NCBI GenBank assembly: GCA_951406725.2
Contig: OX597833.1
Coordinates: 35,898,001-35,962,000, forward strand
DNA length: 64,000 bases
DNA from: Octopus vulgaris
Taxonomy: Eukaryota
Direction: 5' to 3'
Positions within the stretch are counted from its first letter, which is position 1, and each line of letters begins with the position of its first letter. The notes under the pieces were generated by a model. It worked only from the letters and a program-made list of their open reading frames with translations. It was not told the origin of the DNA and did not search any database. Shown here in pieces: positions 52,663 through 64,000 of the stretch. The position numbers and the translations under genes are program-made.

Positions 52663-52663
<1 letters not shown>
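52266..52663 (+). mobile_element. non-autonomous Helitron with internal ~100-bp duplication
   Basis: A|TC start; hairpin CCCGAGCAACGCCGGG; CTAG|T end; GTCTACGATGAGTC unit repeated at 52409 and 52511. Confidence 0.9.
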
Positions 52664-52706
<43 letters not shown>

Positions 52707-52740
52707 GTATATACATGTGTACATATAGGTTATATATAAA

Positions 52741-52802
<62 letters not shown>

Positions 52803-53035
52803 CATGTATGTATGTATGTATATCCATTTGACATGTAATATATAACCTGTATACATGTGAGTGCGCGCGCGCTTGTGGGTGTAGGGAGTGGGAGTTATGG
52901 AGTAAGCGAGAAGCTGAAAGATCAACTTATATATAGAGAGAGGATAGAAATGAAAACTCAAAAGCATATAAAAAAAATAAAAGGGAAATAAAGAATATAT
53001 AGATAGCAAAGCAAAATGAATGACTACAGATAATC

Positions 53036-53077
53036 AATATGGCGGTGATCTTGAGATGATGGCGGGCAAACGGAAGT
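53036..53077 (+). promoter_or_regulatory. candidate YY1/ETS motif cluster
   Basis: AATATGGCGG, GATGGCGG and CGGAAGT within 42 bp. Confidence 0.3.
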
Positions 53078-53137
53078 ATGGATAAAGGTGAGAAGAAAGA
53101 GAGAATCGAAGGTTAAAGAGGGAGATACAGGAGTAGA

Positions 53138-53250
53138 AGGAGGAGGAGGAGGAGGAGGAGGAGGAGGAGGAGGAGAAGAAGAAGAAGAAGAAGAAGAAGA
53201 AGAAGAAGAAGAAGAAGAAGAAGAAGAAGAAGAAGAAGAAGAAGAAGAAG
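53138..53250. repeat. (GGA)n(GAA)n polypurine tract
   Basis: Direct inspection. Confidence 0.95.
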
Positions 53251-53683
53251 AGGGAGGGTAAATGCTATAAAGAGAGTGTGAAAGAATTAAAGCGAGAAAT
53301 GAGGAGAGAATGAGAGAAGTGGGTGAAAGAGAGATTCATGAGTGAGAGGAAAATGGGTGCGACATCGACTGAGAGAGATAGGAACTAGAAACAGCTATTT
53401 ATATAGTGGGTGACTGATAGAGACAGAAATGGAAAGATAGATAGACAGAGAGAAGACAGGAACAGGCAGACAGATTCCCAGAGAATGAGAGTAGGAGAGT
53501 GGAGTGGGTTATGTCAACAAGATCCGTTATCATTGCTGCTGACACATTTTCCCGCTTAATATCTACAGAAATACTTAACCGTCTGCTTCGACATGGCGTT
53601 GTCGTCTGCTGTCTAGCATTTATTCTGCCGAATGGAAAAATGACTCCCACCCCCACTGAAAAATAAAACCTTTAAACAAATTT

Positions 53684-53736
<53 letters not shown>

Positions 53737-53892
53737 GCAAAATTTAGATAGACAGATAGATAGATAGATAGATAGATACATACATACATACATACATACA
53801 TACATACATACATACATACATACATACATACATACAAACATACATACATACATACGTACATAGATAGATAGATAGATAGATATATACATACA

Positions 53893-53924
<32 letters not shown>

Positions 53925-54145
53925 AACATTCAGTGACAGATATAGTTATATACACATGCACATATATATACTATGTATATATGTGTGTGTGTGTGTGCTT
54001 ATGTGTGTATTTATATATGTATATATAAATATGTATTTATATGTGTTTGTGTGTGTGTGTGTGTATACATATATGTATTTACGCATACACACATAAACAT
54101 CCATATACGTATACATATCTGTATAGTCGAACGTCTCCTTTCGTT

Positions 54146-54486
54146 AGCAGCAGAAGTGCAATAAGCAGCGGAAGCCACTGTTTGTGGTGTTCATCGACCT
54201 TACAAATGCTTTTGACAAGGTCAGTTGCGTAGGATTATGTCACGTACTCACGCAAATTTAACGTTATAGTACTCTTCTCAGCATCCCCAGGGCCCTGCAA
54301 GGCAATATTCAAGACACAATTCAGTTTGGTGGTTCCTATTCAGAGGAATTTGCTGATCAGGACAGGATGTGTATATGCTTTCATTCTGTTTGACATGTTA
54401 TTCTTAGTCTCGTAGCACCGTGCTTTAATGCTCTGAACTGTGGTTCTCTTTCATACACTGATATCAGGCTATTCCGTCTCTCTTGT

Positions 54487-54490
<4 letters not shown>
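54146..54490 (+). mobile_element. RTE-clade LINE reverse transcriptase fragment
   Basis: QQKCNKQRKPLFVVFIDLTNAFDKV...IQFGGSYSEEF...GCV. Confidence 0.8.
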
Positions 54491-54553
<63 letters not shown>

Positions 54554-55068
54554 TCACATACACGTACACAATAGAGTGCTTTTCGTATATTCGTGAGAGG
54601 ATCATCTCTATGTTGATAATGAGATAATGTTGAATTACAGACACATACTGAGGTGAATTATTGCTGTTGTTGTTGTGGTCGTTAATATTATTGCTATTGG
54701 TGTTGTTGTTGTTGTTGCTGTTGTATTGTTGATGTTCTTCTTCTTCTTGTTGTCAGCCTCGTCCTCATCATCGTCGTCGTCGTCATCATCATCATCGTCG
54801 TCGTCATCATCATCATCATCTTCATTCTCCTCTTCCTCTTCCTCCTCCTCCTCATCATCATCACCATCGCCAACAAAACTTTATACTGGAGCACCGCCTT
54901 CAGTTGTAACTAATCTATATTTTCAATGTCTTGTATACCATTGATAGAACTGCTGTTTTAACTTTCAGTCTCTCTCTCCCTCTCTCTCTCTCCCATTCTC
55001 ACTAGTTCTCTGTGCGTGTAAAAGTGCATGTGCGTAGTGTGTGTGTGTGTGTGTTATCAGACGTTCGT

Positions 55069-55099
<31 letters not shown>

Positions 55100-55164
55100 C
55101 AGAGACAGAGACAGAGACAGTGAGTGTAGGGAGAAGGAGGGTGAGTGGTCAAAAAAGCAGCCCT

Positions 55165-55375
55165 ATATATTCTTTCACTTGTTTCAGCCATTTTTACTAC
55201 GGTCCTGCTGAAGCACATCCTTTAGTCGAACGAATCGACAGCAAGACTTATTCTTTGTAAGCCTAGTATTTATTTTATCGGTATCTTTTGCCGACCGGCT
55301 AAGTTACGGGGATATAAACACACCAACATTGATTGTCAAGCGATGGTGAGGGGACAAACACAAACATACAAACAT
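55165..55375 (-). mobile_element. SINE family B 3' half
   Basis: Matches 14090-14300. Confidence 0.8.
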
Positions 55376-55666
55376 ATATGTATATATATGTTTTCGCTCG
55401 GTTTCCTTGTATGTCTCCACCGTCATGTCTCTATTACCAACTTTGATCCTCCATAAATTCTAAATTTTAGTTTAGAATTTATGGGAGCAACTGTCTTTGA
55501 AGACTCATATTGTCGCTGAATGTTTGAAATGAGAAGTAGATAGGCAGCCAACAACTGATGAAGGGTTCTTACTCTGAGTTTACTTGTACTATTTTCCTTT
55601 TTTTCCTCATTGTTTACGTATTTCATGGTATTTGTACCGTTGGTGATGTCCTGTACTCATATATGC

Positions 55667-55725
<59 letters not shown>

Positions 55726-55808
55726 CACATATATGTATGTGACCGCGTGTGTATCGTTGGCGATTTTCTTTCTCTGTCTTCCCTTCCTTGGATCTCTCCT
55801 TTTTCTAT

Positions 55809-55843
55809 GTTTCTGACGAAGAGCTCCGCTCGAAACGTTAAAT
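55809..55843 (+). ncRNA. minimal type-I hammerhead ribozyme (Penelope-type)
   Basis: GUUU CUGACGA A GAGC-UCC-GCUC GAAA CGUU AAAU. Confidence 0.8.
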
Positions 55844-56844
55844 CCCCTTCTTTCTTTCCTTTCCTGAACGTACTCGGGTTGTTGTGTTTTCTCTCTGTTC
55901 ATGTTTGGATTAACTATATATATATATATATATATATTCATCTTTCGATAGCTTAATTACATCTATGGTTACAAGGCCTATATATGTTGGCAGTATAGTG
56001 CGTCTCGGGAACTTGATGATCCTGGCCATCGACCATACAAATTCTTCCTTTGATCTTCAATGTATATTTATCAATGTTGGTCAATGGATGACTCTTTCAC
56101 TGAGACGGCACGGTCTCCCTTCTGCTTTCCGTGACTTCACCTGTAATCCTAAGCTGAGTGCTACATTACAAATGAGAGCTCGTGTTTGATCCAGAACAGC
56201 TTATTTCCGTATCCGCCGCTGACCCCAATATCTAAATTTCTGTTCACCTATCCATCTCTTGGGAATCTGCGTGGGTGTTCCTACTACCAATATGTTTATA
56301 CCACCCGAAAATACCCTGCTAAGTTTAAATATCAAATTTCAAATTAGATAGAAACTTGGAGATGGAAACTTGGACATTTGTCTATTCTAACAGATTTGAT
56401 CGCGATAAGAGCAGGAAACAGGCAACCTTCTTTGTCGTGGCTAATGGAGCTGGTGGGAAGAAAATTACGAATAAATAAAAACTTAAAAACTACAAGTTTA
56501 AACAACTAAGCAATGGGGTAATTATAAAGCAAACCCAAACAGTGTCAGAGAAATTGATATCAAATATGATAGTGGACATCAAACTTGATGACATAGCATT
56601 GTATGAGTATATTAACGTATTGACAACGACCCCCACTGCCATAAAAATAAAACAGCAGGAGGGCAGACAGCAGAATTCAATAACACACGCTTTCAGATTC
56701 GTAATGCAGTGTTCAATCAAAGCCTAATTGCTACCTAATTGTATTCCCCATTCACCTATTCTCGAAGAATGTAATTTAGACATAGCCAAATGCTACAGAA
56801 GGAATAACTGTAGAGTGATGACAGTAAAACTCTGCCACAAATTA

Positions 56845-57060
56845 TTCTGTTCTACTCTAGGCACAAGGCCCGAAATTTTTAAGAAGAGCGCCAGTCGATT
56901 AGATGGACCGCAGGACGCAACTGGTACTTAATTTATCGACCTCGAAAGGATGAAAGGCAAAGTCGAACTTGGTGGAATTTGAACTCAGAACATAAAGGCA
57001 GACGAAATGCCACTAAGCATTTCGCCCGGCGTGGTAAATTTTCTGCCAGCGCGCCGCCTT
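56845..57060 (-). mobile_element. SINE family A copy
   Basis: TTAATTTATCGACCTCGAAAGGATGAAAGGCAAAGTCGA...CTGCCAGCGCGCCGCC. Confidence 0.88.
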
Positions 57061-57098
57061 TCTATGATACACACATACAACAAACATACATACACACA

Positions 57099-57174
<76 letters not shown>

Positions 57175-57339
57175 AATTAGAAAAAAAAACCTGTTATCAA
57201 TTCAAAATGAACAATTAAATTACACCATCTAGAAACTTACATAAAATAGAAATGTTAAAATTAAAATAACAATAAAATACCAATGATTAAGTAAATTGCA
57301 AAAAAAAATAATAAAAATGTATATAATTGGTAGAAAAAC

Positions 57340-57396
<57 letters not shown>

Positions 57397-57596
57397 TACT
57401 TTATATATATATAATTATATATATATATAAATCTAGACCTCTTGGCTAAGATATTTCTTGTGGTTGGCTAGATTGGAGCAGTCTCGAGTATAACAAGCCG
57501 AAACCGCTGAGAGGATCCGGAACTCGACTGAAGATACAAAACTATGAATGACCTGTCCTTCTGCAACAAATTATTGACATATATATATATATATAA

Positions 57597-57638
<42 letters not shown>

Positions 57639-57974
57639 AACATACATACATGCATGTATATAGACATACATACGTGCATATGTGTATATGATGCTTATTT
57701 AGACTGAGATACCTATCCACAAATGTCCGTTTTCGAAACTTCTTAGTTACTTCAGATTACCCCTACTTCTTAATGAAGTTGTTATTACATGCCTCAGATC
57801 TATTTTAACTGGAACTGGAGACAATTTTTATAAGTCAAGAATAAATCTTGAATATTAATCAATAGCCATTTTTAGCTTGTTGTTCAACGCCAGTGGCCAC
57901 TCTGAATTATTATTATTTTAAAATGTTTAAATTTATATCTACTATATTTACACATTATCAATCGGGCGTCACTC

Positions 57975-58770
57975 AGACACTGGAGACAGCAAGATTTCTC
58001 AAATCTCTAGGATCTTCCTTAGGATTTTTACAGAATATAGGATTATACTTTCCTGCATGTCGACAATACTAGGTTCAATTCCAATTTCTTCTTGTTTTAA
58101 ATAACATTTTGGGAGTCGTGTCAAGTGTAACAATTACTACAGGAGCAATTGTTGTCTTGGTCTTCCACAATTTCATGAGCCTTCTGGCTAGATCATGATA
58201 TTTCCCTTTTTTTTCTATTTCTTTTGTATTAACTCCGCTTCATAGAGAATTGCAAAATCTATGATTTCACACTGTTTATTTTGTCCCCCAAAATCATGTC
58301 TGTTTTTTTTTTATCTCAATATTATGGCCAGTCTTTATGGAGAAGTCCCACAGGTTCTTGTAATTTTCCTTTTCCCTCACAATCTCTGGTTCGTATTCTT
58401 ACCACTTTTCTATTGTCTTAAAACGACGCATTCGAATAACATCCCGATATATTCTGTTGCCTACACAGTTATGTCTGCGCTTATATTGCTTGTGTGCTAG
58501 TATACTGCACTCACTCAAAATGTAATTGATACTTTCGTCTCCTTTCCTACGGATTCTACTTTTGCTGTCTCACTGAGTTTTGTCGATCTTTGCTTTTATC
58601 AGATTTGTTCCCAGAGCATGTTCCTGAGTGGCTATACTTAAGATTTCTGTTTCTCTTTAAAAGTTCCCCTTCTGTCAACCAGGGCCAGTTTGTTGCATGA
58701 ATTGACCGTTCAGTTCCATTTCTTTCCATTTTTTTGTTTTGCTGTTCTTCTTTTTCGTACTATCTTTTTG
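57975..58770 (-). mobile_element. R4/Dong-like RLE LINE 3' fragment
   Basis: KWKEMELNGQF, ETE..IATQEHALGTNLIKAKIDKT, ESINYILSEC...YKRRHN, LWDFSIKT, IIDFAI, KYHDLARRLMKLW, KILRKIL. Confidence 0.88.
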
Positions 58771-59524
58771 AGTATCTCTGGTGAGGGCCAGATTTATAGG
58801 GGTGTAGAGGGGGTAATTGTTCCGGGCATCTAGATACAAAAGGCTGCTATGAAAGGTATGTAGCACTCAATACAGGAGGGCCCCTCCACATCCCAGGAAT
58901 CAGGCATGATGAGACTCTCTTTAAAATATCGTGGTCAAATGAAAGATGATTATGGAAAAATAGCACATAATATGAAATTAATGAAACTCAGCTAAATCTA
59001 AAAATCAACATAAAATATTCTTTATAGCTTTTTCACAACAACTCCTTCACCAAAAATTATCCAGATATTTTATTAGCTACCTCAATTACAATCGGGTTAA
59101 ATTTGAAGAAACATTTCTTGAAAATTATACCTGTCACCTATGTTTCAAACTCTCAACTTCAACAACAACTATGTAAGATGATGCAATGGTACAAAATAAG
59201 AGAAAATAACAAAAAGTCAGAAATTATTTATTTTGGCACAGTTACCAATTCTGCCCCACTTCCATATAGTAATTCTATGTGTTTGGCAGAATGGCGAAAA
59301 ATATATGAAAAATAAAAAAGAAAAAAGGTTTGATTTAATGAATCATTTGAATATATATGGAATAATTCTAAAGTTGAAAAAAAAAATGCTCTTAAGAGAT
59401 GTAATTTTATAATTAAAACTAAATTCGAAAGTTTTCTATTTACTTGCTTCATAAAAAAGAACCAGTTTTCAAAGCCTTACTGAAATAAGTTTAAAAGTAG
59501 AAATGTCTGTGCGTGTGTGTGTGT

Positions 59525-59602
<78 letters not shown>

Positions 59603-60680
59603 CTTTAGGAGTAAAATTTGGTCAGTATAGATTAAATAGTTGTTGAAGTTGAGAGTTTGAAGCATAAGGTGACAGGTACAATTTTCGAGAAATTTGTCCT
59701 CAAATTTGACCCGAATGTAATTGAGTTAGCTCATAAAATATCTAGATAATTTTTGGTGAAGCAACCGTGAAGAAGCTATAAAGAATATTATATGTTGAGT
59801 TTTGGGATTTAGTTGAATTTCATTAATTTCATATTATGTGCTATTTTTCCATAATCCTCTTTCTTTTGAACACAATATTTTAAATTTTGTTGCAATTCTG
59901 ATGTCTAAGGACGAATGTTTATGTGTATGACTCATTTTTCAAATTTAATTCTGGAGCAATGGAAGGACATATTTTGCTTGCCTTGTCGTACCCATATTGC
60001 CCCGCCTAAATTTGTCTTTTATATGCTCAAAGAGAACAGTGATAATTTTCTGCTTCTAGAGAAGACCTTTACTTCGCTGATACAGTTTTGGCAAGGTAGT
60101 CAATATTTATTTTAAAAAATGATTACTCCCAAATCAAAAATACAGTAAATATTACTCATTATGCCCCACCTACTCTTACTAGAAACTGGAAAAGCAAACT
60201 TTCGGAAATAGCTGTTTGAATTTCCCGTTTCTCTCTCCTTCTCCCTCTCTCTATCTCTCTATCTCTCCTCTCTCTCACACGCACACACCATGCCTTTAGA
60301 ACAGCAACAACCACAAAAATGAATATTTTCTTTTTCGTAATTTTCTGTCATTTTATCTTATTCTACCTTGTGAAACGTACCTCACATTAACAGAAGAAAA
60401 AAAACACTTACCCCACTCTTCTCTCTTTCATTTTACTTTTCACAATGAAGGAAAAGTCAAACACCGCGAGTGGCTGTATCAAAAACAAAATTTGAATTTT
60501 GAGTGTATCTTTAAGCCACATTTTAAGTCATTTATTTAAACTTTCTCTGCTGGGTCAACAAATTCAATTACATGAAATAATTGAGTTTTGAGACTTAAAT
60601 TTGGTAATTTCCTATGATTTTAATTCTTGTGTATAAGAGGCCCACCGAACTTTATAATTAGTACTATTATTATTATTATT

Positions 60681-61117
60681 GAGTGAGAGAGCAGTTCATG
60701 CCATCAAAGTGACACTGGGGTAAAATATACGAAGCCCAATATACCCATCATGACTACCCGTCTGATAAGGGCACACCAGGCACATGCATCACAACCATAT
60801 GTGCGCGGCATGGTGATCTCATATCAAGATAAACTGCGCATGACCTTGCAGGTGGGGCCCAGTTAGAATTTTCTTCAGGTTGAGTAGCCCATCCCGCTCA
60901 AACGGTCCCTGAATAAGGGTTATTTAAGGATGTTGAAAAACCCACCCATGTCTCCAGAGGTGAATTATTCAAACCCCAAAGAATCCCTCTCAACACATGG
61001 CTATGATGCTCCCCACTACTTCTGCTCGTGATCAGAGATGCACATATCGTCACGAAGGGACATGCTCAATTGGTTAAGGTCAAACAACTGACAAGCAAAT
61101 CTGTGGTATTGAGCAGA
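60681..61117 (-). mobile_element. 437-bp non-coding element inserted in a (TAA)n tract; likely 3' end of a microsatellite-targeting LINE or a SINE
   Basis: GC-richer block bounded precisely by (TAT)n at 60665-60680 and 61118-61178. Confidence 0.6.
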
Positions 61118-61181
<64 letters not shown>

Positions 61182-61286
61182 TACTTCACTAAAATTGATT
61201 CAATTGCAATGAATTACTCCATGGCTAGTACTCAATACAAAATAAGAGTGCTACAAACATGCATATACTCACACATATACACACAC

Positions 61287-61336
<50 letters not shown>

Positions 61337-61567
61337 TTGCATACATAAATAAATGCATTCATGCACACACATATAAATATACATATCAATCTGTGTATAT
61401 ATTTAATACTTTGATTATATGTAGGTGGAGAATATTACTCACTTAATTCACTATCATGAAGACCTGTTATCTATCTGTCTAGTATCCCGGTCCTACTGCC
61501 TCGGATAGACTAGGTGTACGTGAAAACTCAAGGTAATCCACTGGCCAGTTAGTTCAGTTGATTGAAA

Positions 61568-61644
<77 letters not shown>

Positions 61645-62241
61645 CTGATAAATTATGGTATTTTAAAAGAAGCAACTTAACTTTCCCTATATTTCACAGG
61701 GACCTGTTAAAACATGTATATAACTAAGCGAGGTTCTGATTAAAATTTATTTATCAAAAGTGGTATATTTTGTCAATATCCAATAAAACATAAATTTCAT
61801 GAATATATAATATATAAATATCATTATAATGTCCCATATATATATATATATGAGTCTATTACGGGGAAACATGCATGCCTAACAAGATACAGATTTTATT
61901 CAATATACTTTCACTGCATATATTTCCTATTATTAATATAAATGGGTTCCCTATAAAACACAATAATACAATTTTCATGTACTAAAATATACATAATTGC
62001 AATACACATATAAAATTCACATGTTAAAGATTGTGCATATACTGCACAGTGCATCATGTGTCACTGAATATTTCCTTCGTTTGTGAACTCAGTTGCAATG
62101 ATATAATCTTGCGACATTATATTTTGTCTACATTTTCATGCTAAAGTAAAAAGATCATTCATTGTAAAACTTTTTATGAAAAATCTGTTTCCAGTCAGAT
62201 CTCTCTGACCATCACACTGTTAATGCTTAACCTCTTTCTAG

Positions 62242-62274
<33 letters not shown>

Positions 62275-63198
62275 AAATATATATATTTATATATATATAT
62301 ATACACATACATGCATCCTACACACACATACATACACACTCACACATACATACACACACACACACACTCACTCACACACATGCACATACACACACTTCCA
62401 CACACACGTACATACATACACACTCATACACATACACACACACACACACGGACATACATCTATACACACACATATACACACACATACTTACATACATTCA
62501 TCGGACACACTGACACCCAGACTTACACACAGACACACTCACACATCCACACACATACATACTTACACACACACTCGCAGGCGCGCGCACATACACGCTT
62601 GTGCACGTTCGCGCACGCATACACGCATGCATGCACCACGCTCGTGGGTACCGACTAGATCTCCTGTTCGTATCTGGGGCCGGCGCGTGTCTTTGGGTTC
62701 TCCCACGCCTTGGGTTCTCCCACGCCTGTCGCCGCTGCAGTTTTTTTTCCTTAAACCCCCCCTTTTTGTACACACACGCACACACATACACACACCCACT
62801 CACACACACACATTTGCATATATATATACATTACACTTACACACACTTCAAATTTACTTGCCATACACACAACTACGCACACTGGACACACACACACTAC
62901 CACTCAACACACACACTGGCACGTTACATACGCCCCTACCCTTTCCCTCCTTCCCTCTTCCCTCCTTCCTCCTTTTTTTACCACTGACCACTCACTTGAG
63001 ACTTGCTATGTCATCTGTTCGCCCTGCACGCACTAACATATACATATTTTTTGTTTTTTTATCTCGCCTCACACACACATACACACACGCACACGCACAC
63101 ACTCACACATACATACACACGCACACACACAGGTGAGCACATAAGTGAAAACAAAGGGGAAAAAATAGTATTCGAATACCAAAAATAGGGTAATATGA

Positions 63199-63346
63199 TT
63201 TTATTAAAGCAGCACAATTATAACAAAACTGTTATACAGACGTTCACGTTCCTGTCGTCGTGCGGTTTTTATCTCAACTGTCCGATGAACGGGATCGTGA
63301 AAGTCTGAGTAACAGTTTGTGTGATAATTTTGCAGCTTTAATAAAA
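63199..63346. repeat. palindromic element (~70-bp arms, short loop) containing a hammerhead motif
   Basis: TTTTATTAAAGC...GCGGTT pairs imperfectly with AACTGT...GCTTTAATAAAA. Confidence 0.85.
63276..63317 (+). ncRNA. type-I hammerhead-like motif, CCGAUGA core variant
   Basis: AACUGU CCGAUGA ACG-GGAU-CGU GAAA GUCUGAG UA ACAGUU: 6-bp stem I, GUA triplet. Confidence 0.6.
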
Positions 63347-63444
63347 GTATATATATATATATATACTCTTTTATTTGTTTCAGTCATTTGACTGTGGCCA
63401 TGCTGGAGCACCACCTGTAGACTGAAACAAATAAAAGAATAAAA

Positions 63445-63505
<61 letters not shown>

Positions 63506-63515
63506 CGATAAACGT

Positions 63516-63818
63516 CGCCCTTTTCAAGCCTAGCCAGGCTCGTGGGCCCGGTTTCCCGGTTTCTGTGGCGTATGTGTTACTCCAACTGGACGGGACACCA
63601 GTTCATTGCACCGTTGCTCAAGAAACAGGGAGAGAGAGTGAGAGAAAGTTGTAGCGTAAGAGTACAACAGGGGTCGCCACCCCCGCCCCCTGCCGGAGCC
63701 TCGTGCAGCTTTTAGGTGTTTTCGTTCAATTAAAACACACATCGCCCGGTCTGCGAATCAAAACCGCGATCCTCCGACCGCGAGTCCGCTGCCCTAACCA
63801 CTGGGCCATTGCGCCTCC
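63516..63818 (-). mobile_element. SINE family C, tail type 2
   Basis: Head GGAGGCGCAATGGCCCAGTGGTTAGGGCAGCGGACTCGCGG; GTCCCGTCCAG...CCACAGAAACCGGG. Confidence 0.88.
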
Positions 63819-63854
63819 ACACACACATACGCACAAACACACGCACACACACAC

Positions 63855-63887
<33 letters not shown>

Positions 63888-64000
63888 AAGAGAGAGAGGG
63901 AGAAAGCGATAAAGAACTTATAAAAGATAAAAATAATTGGCAATGTTGTTTATTTTCGCCCCTAAATGTTGAGCTCGAAGCCCTCTTTCTTAGTCCTATC

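Noticed and set aside
60400-60480. Minus-strand GGG|GTAAGT donor
   Set aside because: Isolated motif with no defined acceptor or ORF
62693-62726. 17-bp direct repeat TTGGGTTCTCCCACGCC x2 in a GC-rich patch
   Set aside because: Simple slippage duplication; no further structure supported
63745-63818. tRNA gene (also heads at 32470-32540, 21300-21363, 14430-14500)
   Set aside because: tRNA-derived SINE heads joined to SINE bodies; no complete cloverleaf seen

Overview
AT-rich, non-coding-looking eukaryotic DNA. It is saturated with (TA)n, (CA)n, (TATC)n, (TATG)n and (CAT)n microsatellites and with decayed transposons. The repeat repertoire suggests an octopus/coleoid cephalopod intron or intergenic region (inference). 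I find no intact protein-coding gene, and most ORFs in the track are microsatellite artefacts. Supported elements: several Tc1/mariner relics, including a near full-length mellifera-like mariner at 2026-3259; RTE, CR1-like and R4/Dong-like LINE fragments; four non-autonomous Helitrons; pogo and hAT MITEs; and at least four tRNA-derived SINE families. The most notable signals are: (1) at least five minimal type-I hammerhead ribozyme motifs of the Penelope-associated kind, two with a CCGANGA core variant and one built into a palindrome, plus a five-copy repeat carrying only a hammerhead half-core; (2) a near-identical inverted triplication (DUP-TRP/INV-DUP) with microhomology junctions at 37146-37803; (3) a CR1-like LINE whose 3' tail matches an abundant SINE; (4) many foldback hairpins; and (5) two degenerate minisatellites and two promoter-like motif clusters. 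All alignments and translations were done by eye.
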